Source of the DNA: an uncultured Ignavibacteria bacterium
Lineage (GTDB): Bacteria; Bacteroidota; Ignavibacteria; UBA10030; SZUA-254
Reading direction: 5' to 3'
Assembly: GCA_963724215.1 (NCBI GenBank)
Contig: CAVRTZ010000026.1
Span: 11,960-75,959 of the forward strand
DNA length: 64,000 bases
Of the stretch, positions 50,115-64,000 are shown in pieces (within the stretch, counting starts at the first letter, position 1; every line of letters starts with the position of its first letter). A model generated the notes under the pieces. That model searched no databases and was not told where the DNA came from. It saw only the letters and a list, made by a program, of their open reading frames with translations. The position numbers were made by a program, and so were the translations under genes.

Positions 50115-52019
50115 ATGACATCACAATCAGTCGCCCGGCGGGTCCCGATGGCAGGACTCGCACTGGCGGTCGCGCTCCTTTACGCGTTCACCGCGGCCCG
50201 CACCGTCGTGTTCATCGACAGCGGCGAACTCTCCACGGTGGCGTGGACACTCGGCATCCCCCACCCCACAGGCTACCCTCTCTTCACGGTCCTCGCCTGG
50301 CTCGCCGCGCACTTCCCGGCCGACATCGCGCCGGTGTTCAAACTCAACCTCTTTTCGGCCGCCTGCTCCGCCGCGGGCGTCCTCCTGTTCGCCCTCATGG
50401 TGCGCTGGATCCTCGGTCGCCACCGGATGCCGGCGGGCAGGCCCGCCGGGACGAAAGGTGCGCCCGGAGGCGGCCTCCCGGCCGCCGGCGAAGAGGTGAC
50501 GGTGCTCGCGTCGGCCCTGTTCGGCGCGCTGACACTGGCTTTTTCGGAGACGTACTGGGCGCAGTCGGCGTCCGTCGAAGTCTACCCGCTGCACGGCCTC
50601 TTCCTCGTTGTCCTGATCTGGCTCTTCCTTTCGGCCTTCCCGCGCCGGGTCGGGAAGGCGAAGTCGGAGGGTCCCGAGCGGCCCGCAACGGCGCACCTGT
50701 TCGCCTACGTCCTGGGCCTTTCCTTCACCAACCACATGAGCACGATCTACCTCGCCCCCGCGTTCCTCGTTCTCTATTTTATGAGGAGGGGGGGAGGGGG
50801 GGGGAGCCGCGCGCTCCTCCTGTCCCTGGGACCGGCGTTCATCCTCGGTCTTTCGGCCTACCTCTACCTCCCGGTGAGGGCGTCCGGCGGACCCCTCATG
50901 AACTGGGGCAACCCGGTCGACGCCGAATCGATCCTGCGGCACCTGGGCGGAAAACAGTACAGCGTGTGGATCTTCTCCTCGACCGAGACCGCGTCGAGAC
51001 AACTCTCCTACTTTTTCCGCACCCTCGGCGCTGAGTTCTCCTGGGCGCCGCTGGCGCTCGCCCTCTGGGGGTTGCGGTTCCTCTACCGTCGCGAACGCGA
51101 CCTGTTCGTCATGATCGCGCTGCTCTTCGCCGGATGCCTGCTCTTCGCGGTGAACTACGACATCAACGACATCGAATCCTATTTCCTCCTCGCCTATCTC
51201 GCCACGGCGCTCGCGGCCTCGGCGGGCCTCTACGCCATCCTCACCGCGCTCAACGGACGCCGGCGGCTCGCGCTGCTGGCCCTGTCGGGCATCTTCCTGG
51301 GATGGCAGGCCGTGCGGACCTATCCAGCGGCCGACCAGAGCGCAGTGCGGGTGGTCGAACAGTATGCGCGGTCGATCCTGGCCTCGGCGGACCCCGGCGG
51401 GATCGTCATCAGTTACCAGTGGGACTATTTCGTGTCGGCCACCTACTACCTGCAGGTCGTCGAGGGCTTCCGCCCCGATGTCATCGTCGTCGACAAGGAG
51501 CTGCTCAGGCGCTCCTGGTACATCGGGTACCTTCGCAACCGATACCCGGCGCTCCTGGAAGGCCTCGGGACGGAGTCGGAGGCGCTCCTCGCGGAACTCC
51601 GCAAGTTCGAACGCGGGCTGCCGTACGATCCCCGCACGATCGAATCACGGTACGCGGGCCTCATCGCGGGGATGATCTCCCGCCATTACTCCGCGCGCTC
51701 CGTCTACGTGACCGCGGAGATCGAACCGCAATACACGCCGGGGTATGTCCGCGTGCCGCACGGCCTGAGCTTCCGGCTCAGGAGGGAGGGGGACGCGGAC
51801 CTCTGGCGCGATGTCCCGGTCGTCATCGATCCACCCTCCCGGACCGACCGCTACACTGACGGCATCACGGGCCTCGCCGCGAGGGCCGAGCTTGGCACCG
51901 CCCTCTACCTCGAGCGGCGCGGCATGCTCCCCGACGCGATCCGGGCGGCGGGCCGCGCGCTCGCGATCAGGCCGGATTTCCCGGAAGCCCGGACCCTCCT
52001 CGGCCGTCTGGCCCCCTGA
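50115..52019 (+). CDS. DUF2723-type polytopic membrane protein (putative glycosyltransferase) with a C-terminal TPR-like region
   Basis: The ATG at 50115 gives MTSQSVARRVPMAGLALAVALLYAFTAARTVVFIDSGELSTVAWTLGIPHPTGYPLFTVLAWL..., followed by many TM helices. The first 296 codons of track ORF 49227-52019 are antisense to the crotonase gene. Confidence 0.65.
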   Translation: MTSQSVARRVPMAGLALAVALLYAFTAARTVVFIDSGELSTVAWTLGIPHPTGYPLFTVLAWLAAHFPADIAPVFKLNLFSAACSAAGVLLFALMVRWILGRHRMPAGRPAGTKGAPGGGLPAAGEEVTVLASALFGALTLAFSETYWAQSASVEVYPLHGLFLVVLIWLFLSAFPRRVGKAKSEGPERPATAHLFAYVLGLSFTNHMSTIYLAPAFLVLYFMRRGGGGGSRALLLSLGPAFILGLSAYLYLPVRASGGPLMNWGNPVDAESILRHLGGKQYSVWIFSSTETASRQLSYFFRTLGAEFSWAPLALALWGLRFLYRRERDLFVMIALLFAGCLLFAVNYDINDIESYFLLAYLATALAASAGLYAILTALNGRRRLALLALSGIFLGWQAVRTYPAADQSAVRVVEQYARSILASADPGGIVISYQWDYFVSATYYLQVVEGFRPDVIVVDKELLRRSWYIGYLRNRYPALLEGLGTESEALLAELRKFERGLPYDPRTIESRYAGLIAGMISRHYSARSVYVTAEIEPQYTPGYVRVPHGLSFRLRREGDADLWRDVPVVIDPPSRTDRYTDGITGLAARAELGTALYLERRGMLPDAIRAAGRALAIRPDFPEARTLLGRLAP

Positions 52020-52130
52020 ACCGCGCCCCGGTGCGCAATGGGGAGAAATCCCCATTGCGGCCAAAATGGCCGTATTTCGCCGTCCATTCACCGGGGTGGG
52101 CAGGATAATTGGAAAATCTCATGAAAATCT

Positions 52131-52158
52131 TTGACATTTTGACAAAAAATATTATATT
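52131..52158 (+). promoter_or_regulatory. Sigma-70-like promoter candidate for the tRNA operon
   Basis: TTGACA (52131-52136), a 16-nt spacer, then TATATT (52153-52158). It lies in a locally AT-rich island about 160 nt upstream of the first tRNA, with an A/T-rich stretch just upstream. The consensus used is the E. coli type and may not apply to this lineage. Confidence 0.35.
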
Positions 52159-52318
52159 GATAGGCTTGATTGGAAAAAAGTCCCCCCCTCAAAGGTCGAA
52201 AATTTTCACGTTCGTCGATCACACGAGACACTCAGCGGGGGGTGAGTTCGCCATTTTTCCGGTTGAACCGGCGGAGCGCGGCCGATCCGTTTGCGTGATT
52301 CGCCGTCCGGAGCCGGAC

Positions 52319-52390
52319 GCCGATGTAGCTCAATGGTAGAGCAGCTGATTTGTAATCAGCTGGTTGGAGGTTCAAGTCCTCTCATCGGCT
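52319..52390 (+). tRNA. tRNA-Thr (anticodon UGU)
   Basis: Hand-folded cloverleaf. Acceptor GCCGATG/CATCGGC, D arm GCTC-AATGGTA-GAGC, anticodon arm GCTGA-TTTGTAA-TCAGC, T arm GGAGG-TTCAAGT-CCTCT. 72 nt. Confidence 0.9.
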
Positions 52391-52487
52391 CGACATCGCT
52401 CGACGCGCGGTCTCAATCGCCCGCGTCGCACCGGTGCCCGCCGGTCGCGGATGAACGGATCTCGAACCAGGGGGGACGCAAGACAGC

Positions 52488-52570
52488 GGGCAGGTAGCGA
52501 AGCGGTCAAACGCATCAGACTGTAAATCTGACGGCTCATGCCTTCGGAGGTTCGAATCCTCCCCTGCCCA
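52488..52570 (+). tRNA. tRNA-Tyr (anticodon GUA)
   Basis: Acceptor GGGCAGG/CCTGCCC, anticodon arm TCAGA-CTGTAAA-TCTGA, a long variable arm and T arm GGAGG-TTCGAAT-CCTCC. 83 nt. Confidence 0.9.
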
Positions 52571-52640
52571 CACGTTTTGCAGGACTGAATGGATAGTCGC
52601 TGGATGTGGACGAGTCTTGAATGAGCGGAATGGTATGCAT

Positions 52641-52713
52641 GCGGGAGTAACTCAGTTGGTAGAGTCACAGCCTTCCAAGCTGTTGGTCGCGGGTTCGAGT
52701 CCCGTCTCCCGCT
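52641..52713 (+). tRNA. tRNA-Gly (anticodon UCC)
   Basis: Acceptor GCGGGAG/CTCCCGC, anticodon arm ACAGC-CTTCCAA-GCTGT, T arm GCGGG-TTCGAGT-CCCGT. CCA is encoded immediately after (52714-52716). Confidence 0.9.
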
Positions 52714-52728
52714 CCAAGTGCCTGAGTC

Positions 52729-52801
<73 letters not shown>

Positions 52802-52843
52802 CAACGAATCAGCTAGAACGAGGAAATGTAACGGATCGACGAT

Positions 52844-52993
52844 ATGCGAGACATCATTACTTTAGAATGCACGGACTGCAAGCGGCGCAACTATACTACC
52901 ACGAAGAACAAGAAGAAGCAGACCGGACGGGTTGAGTACAAGAAGTACTGCCCGTGGTGCAACAAGCATACCCCGCATAAAGAAACCAAGTAA
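52844..52993 (+). CDS. rpmG: 50S ribosomal protein L33
   Basis: Below the ORF-track size cutoff. My translation is [49 protein letters not shown] (49 aa), with the two CxxC pairs typical of L33. Confidence 0.85.
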   Translation: MRDIITLECTDCKRRNYTTTKNKKKQTGRVEYKKYCPWCNKHTPHKETK

Positions 52994-53000
52994 GATACCT

Positions 53001-53074
53001 ACGTCAGTAGCTCAATTGGCTAGAGCAGCGGTCTCCAAAACCGCAGGTTGGGGGTTCGACTCCCTCCTGACGTG
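53001..53074 (+). tRNA. tRNA-Trp (anticodon CCA)
   Basis: Acceptor ACGTCAG/CTGACGT, anticodon arm GCGGT-CTCCAAA-ACCGC, T arm GGGGG-TTCGACT-CCCTC. 74 nt. Confidence 0.88.
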
Positions 53075-53109
53075 CTCGACTGACGGCATCGTTATTTGAA
53101 AGACCGGAG

Positions 53110-53291
53110 ATGAAAGAGAAAATTATCAACTTTTTTACCGACGTCGTGAAGGAGATGAGGAAGGTCACCTGGCCCCGCGGGAAGAACTGCAGGAGTCCAC
53201 CCTCGTCGTCATCATCGTCTGCGGGGTCATCGCCCTGTTCGTGTACGGCGTGGACATCCTGGTGAGCAACGTCCTGAAGATCGTCCAGTAA
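53110..53291 (+). pseudogene. secE: Preprotein translocase subunit SecE, one frameshift as assembled
   Basis: MKEKIINFFTDVVKEMRKVTWPRG in frame 1. EELQESTLVVIIVCGVIALFVYGVDILVSNVLKIVQ* follows after a -1 event at the G run 53179-53181. The total is 182 nt, one short of 61 codons. Confidence 0.8.
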
Positions 53292-53299
53292 ACTCGCGC

Positions 53300-53847
53300 A
53301 TGACGACGCCGAACGGAAAACGCTGGTACGCCGTCCGAACATACTCCGGCCACGAGAACAAGGTGAAGGCATACCTCGAGAACGAGATCAAGATGGCCCG
53401 GCTCGAGGAGCGGATCAGCGCGTGCTGATTCCGTCGGAAAAAGTCATCGAGATGAAGGACGGGAAGAAGAAGAGCAAGATGAAGAAGTTTTTCCCCGGCT
53501 ACATCCTCGTGGAGGCCGTGCTCGACAAGGAGACGAAGCACCTCATCCTGAACGCCCCCGGCGTGATCGGCTTCGTGGGCCCGCAGGGACGAATCCGGCT
53601 CCGCTCCAGCCCGACGAGGTGCGGCGGCTGCATCGGCAGGATGGAGGAACGGAAGGACGTGGAGCTGATGGAGATCCCGTTCCACATCGGCGAGGCGGTC
53701 AAGGTCGTCGACGGGCCGTTCAACAATTTCACCGGCTTCGTCCAGGACATGAATGAGGAGAAGATGAAAGTGAAGGTGATGGTGAGTATTTTCGGCCGCA
53801 AGACCCCGGTCGAACTGGATTTCAGCCAGGTCGAAATAGAAAAATAA
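53300..53847 (+). pseudogene. nusG: Transcription termination/antitermination factor NusG, three frame disruptions as assembled
   Basis: MTTPNGKRWYAVRTYSGHENKVKAYLENEIKMARLEERISA, then a -1 event near 53420. Next comes VLIPSEKVIEMKDGKKKSKMKKFFPGYILVEAVLDKETKHLILNAPGVIGFVG. The conserved NPAPLQPDEVRRL is readable only in another frame between ~53590 and ~53631, a compensating pair. After it the sequence reads GRMEERKDVE...GEAVKVVDGPFNNFTGFV...[21 protein letters not shown]. Confidence 0.85.
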
Positions 53848-53873
53848 CTGACAGGGTCGATCCCGGAGATGCC

Positions 53874-54296
53874 ATGAAAAAGATAACAGGATTCATCAAG
53901 CTGCAGATCCCCGCCGGCTCAGGCGAATCCCGCCCCCCCGATCGGCCCGGCGCTCGGTCAGAAGGGCGTCAACATCATGGAGTTCTGCAAGCAGTTCAAC
54001 GCCAGGACCAAGGACAAGCAGGGACTGATCATTCCGGTGGTGATCACGGTCTTTTCCGACAAGTCGTTCACGTTCATCACCAAGACACCTCCGGCGCGAT
54101 CCTGCTCGCGAAGGCGGCGAAGGTGGAGAAGGGTTCCGGCGAGCCGAACCGGAACAAGGTCGGGAAGGTGACCCGGACGCAGGTCCGCGAGATCGCGGAG
54201 CTGAAGATGCCCGACCTGAACGCCAACGACGTCGAGGCCGCGATGAAGATGGTCGCTGGCACGGCGCGGAGCATGGGCATCACGGTCGAGGATTAA
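53874..54296 (+). pseudogene. rplK: 50S ribosomal protein L11, two frameshifts as assembled
   Basis: [15 protein letters not shown], then +1 near 53919. [59 protein letters not shown] follows, then -1 near 54095. The last segment is [66 protein letters not shown]. Confidence 0.88.
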
Positions 54297-54377
54297 TAGA
54301 ACAGTAATTCACCCGTGGGAGCCCGGCGCCCGGACGCGGCGTCAGAGGGCGATCGCACCACAACTCAAGAGGACATC

Positions 54378-55077
54378 ATGATCCATCGCAGCAAACGCTA
54401 CAGGGCCGTCGATCCGAAGGTCGACAGGACGAAAGCATACACCGTCGAGGAAGCCGTCGCCATCGTGAAGCAGACGGCGAGCGCAAAATTCAGGGAGTCC
54501 GTGGACATCGCGGTCCGCCTCGGGGTCGATCCCGAAGAAGGCCGACCAGGCGATCCGCGGCACCGTCGTCCTCCCGCACGGGATCGGCAGGGCCGTACGG
54601 GTCCTGGTCCTGACCAGGCCCCCGAAGGACGCCGAGGCGAAGGCCGCGGGCGCCGATCACGCCGGGCTGCAGGAGTATGTCGAAAAGATACAGGCCGGGT
54701 GGGCCGACATCGACGTCATCATCGCGTCGCCCGACGTCATGGGCGAGGTCGGCAAGCTCGGGAAGGTGCTGGGCCCCAGGGGGCTCATGCCGAACCCGAA
54801 GAGCGGCACCGTCACGGCCGACGTGGCAAAGGCCGTCACCGAGGTGAAGGCCGGCAAGATCGAATTCCGGGTCGACAAATCCGGCATCGTCCACGCCTCG
54901 GTCGGCAAGGCCGATTTCGAGGCTCCGAAACTCGTCGACAACATCAACCGGTTCCTCGACACCATCATCAAGGCGAAGCCCTCGTCGGCGAAGGGACAGT
55001 ATGTCCGCAGCGTCACGCTCTCGAGCACGATGGGACCCGGCATACCGGTGGACAGGTCCGTCATCGGGGCGCATTGA
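54378..55077 (+). pseudogene. rplA: 50S ribosomal protein L1, one frameshift as assembled
   Basis: [52 protein letters not shown], then an extra G at ~54534. The rest reads [27 protein letters not shown]...[35 protein letters not shown]...[22 protein letters not shown]...*. Confidence 0.88.
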
Positions 55078-55182
55078 CCGGCCTATAATAGATTATTACG
55101 CACTCAACACCATACACGGCCCCCTGTGTCCGCCTCCACGGACGCTTCTCAGGGTGCCAGACGCAGTACAACAGAGGATACC

Positions 55183-55704
55183 ATGAAACGGTCTGAAAAA
55201 GAACAGATCATTGCCGCGGTGAAACAACGGGCGGAACGGGCCAAGAGCATGTTCTTCGCCGATTTCACGGGGATCACGGTCGAGCAGGTCAGCGAGCTCC
55301 GCCGGGAATTCCGGAAGTCGAATGTCGACTACCAGGTCGTCAAGAACACGCTCGCCCGGAAAGCCCTGGCGGACCTGGCCGGCTTCGACAAGGTCGCCGG
55401 CCACCTGCATCAACCCACCGCCATCGCGTTCGGGTACGACGATCCTGTCGCGCCGGCGAAGATCATCAAGAAGTTCCGGGAGAAGAACGACAAGCTCCGC
55501 GTGAAGGTCTGCGTGCTGGAGAACCGCGTCTACGAGGGCGCCCAGCTCGACGAGATCGCGAAGCTCCCGACACGGAAGGAGATCATCGCAGGCATCCTGG
55601 GGAGCATCCAGTCCCCGGTGACGGGCGTGGTCGGCGCCATCAACGCCGTCATGCGCGACCTGGTCAGCGTCATCGATGCCATCGAAAAGAAGAAGGCGGC
55701 CTGA
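55183..55704 (+). CDS. rplJ: 50S ribosomal protein L10
   Basis: The ATG at 55183 gives MKRSEKEQIIAAVKQRAERAKSMFFADFTGITVEQVSELRREFRKSNVDYQVVKNTLARKAL... The reading frame is intact. Confidence 0.9.
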   Translation: MKRSEKEQIIAAVKQRAERAKSMFFADFTGITVEQVSELRREFRKSNVDYQVVKNTLARKALADLAGFDKVAGHLHQPTAIAFGYDDPVAPAKIIKKFREKNDKLRVKVCVLENRVYEGAQLDEIAKLPTRKEIIAGILGSIQSPVTGVVGAINAVMRDLVSVIDAIEKKKAA

Positions 55705-55768
55705 GGCAGCTCACCGGCCGGCAACCCAGTATCTGAAAATCAACTGAAAACACAAAGGAGAAATCACC

Positions 55769-56152
55769 ATGTCAGCAGTTCTGGAAATCGTCGAAAAAAT
55801 CGAAAAGCTCACGCTCATCGAGGCCTCCGAACTCAAGAAGGCCCTCGAAGAGAAGTTCGGCGTCACCGCCGCCGCCCCGATGATGATGGGCGGAGGGATG
55901 ATGGCCGGCGCGGCCGCCGCGGCCCCCGCCGCCGAAGCGCAGACCGAGTTCACCGTCGTCCTGAAGAGCTCGGGCGCTCAGAAGATCAACGTCATCAAGG
56001 TCGTTCGCGCGGCGACCGGCCTCGGCCTCAAGGAGGCGAAGGACCTGGTCGACGGTGCGCCGAAGAACGTGAAGGAATCGATTTCGAAGGACGAGGCGGA
56101 CAAACTGAGGAAAGAGCTCGAGGAAGCCGGAGCAACGGTCGAGCTGAAATAA
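55769..56152 (+). CDS. rplL: 50S ribosomal protein L7/L12
   Basis: 127-aa ORF with ...[19 protein letters not shown], an Ala/Gly/Met hinge and then [68 protein letters not shown]. Confidence 0.93.
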   Translation: MSAVLEIVEKIEKLTLIEASELKKALEEKFGVTAAAPMMMGGGMMAGAAAAAPAAEAQTEFTVVLKSSGAQKINVIKVVRAATGLGLKEAKDLVDGAPKNVKESISKDEADKLRKELEEAGATVELK

Positions 56153-56227
56153 CGCCTCCCCGCCGGTGTCTCGCAATGCACGGCGGTCCGAAGAGTCACC
56201 ATTTGTACTCCCGATTCGGCGGTAGGT

Positions 56228-56271
56228 AACCGGTAACCGGTCTCAGGACCGGTTATCGGTTTCCTGTTTTT
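56228..56271 (+). terminator. rplL-rpoB intergenic hairpin plus T-tract (attenuator/terminator candidate)
   Basis: A 15-bp stem AACCGGTAACCGGTC / GACCGGTTATCGGTT (one G-U pair) with loop TCAG, followed by TCCTGTTTTT. It occupies the position of the known rplL-rpoB attenuator in E. coli. The U-tract is separated from the stem by 5 nt, so strength is uncertain. Confidence 0.5.
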
Positions 56272-56338
56272 CCCGGGCACGTCGGGGCCATGCGCCCCGG
56301 GATATCGTGAACAGTACCAACAACCAGAGGGTGTTTCC

Positions 56339-60120
<3,782 letters not shown>

Positions 60121-60133
60121 GGAGAGCGATCGC

Positions 60134-64000
<3,867 letters not shown>

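Noticed and set aside
49227-52019. A 930-aa ORF suggesting a very large membrane protein
   Set aside because: Its first ~296 codons are the antisense strand of the crotonase gene (49125-49979). The recognisable DUF2723 sequence and hydrophobic N-terminus begin at the ATG at 50115.
55078-55182. A possible L10(L12)4-binding leader RNA and a TATAAT-like box (55086-55091) upstream of rplJ
   Set aside because: The position is right according to established knowledge of rplJL autoregulation. However, I could not fold a convincing conserved structure by eye, so it is not called as a feature.

Overview
GC-rich bacterial chromosomal segment. Type IX secretion (T9SS) C-terminal sorting domains, a PorV/PorQ-like barrel and several DUF families suggest an uncultured FCB-superphylum organism; this is inference, no search was run. 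Most of the window is ordinary housekeeping. It holds a MacAB-like efflux operon, tsaD, mltG, glyQS, the AmmeMemoRadiSam A/B pair, glmM, dprA, rpoN-hslVU, icd, clpS-alaS-gmhA and three crotonase-family genes. It ends with the classic block tRNA(Thr-Tyr-Gly-Thr)-rpmG-tRNA(Trp)-secE-nusG-rplKAJL-rpoBC, with rpoC running off the window. The only accessory-looking region is 30.9-41.2 kb, which carries two adjacent giant T9SS cargo genes. The first contains a 1329-bp tandem array with 2.6 nearly nucleotide-identical copies. Three cargo proteins share a roughly 370-390 aa C-terminal cassette that I cannot assign to a named family. The second striking feature is about 30 single-nucleotide frame disruptions, by manual count. 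They sit in four patches and mostly hit conserved genes: rpoB 10, rpoC 5, nusG 3, rplK 2, rplA, secE, icd 2, two enoyl-CoA hydratases, amrA, a DUF2520 gene and a multihaem cytochrome. About 45 kb of other coding sequence, including the 6.6-kb repeat gene, reads cleanly. I think these are most likely consensus or assembly errors rather than biology, but the pattern needs checking. I found no CRISPR array, rRNA, transposase, integrase, prophage or recognisable defence system. All product calls rest on motifs I recognise in the translations, not on database searches.
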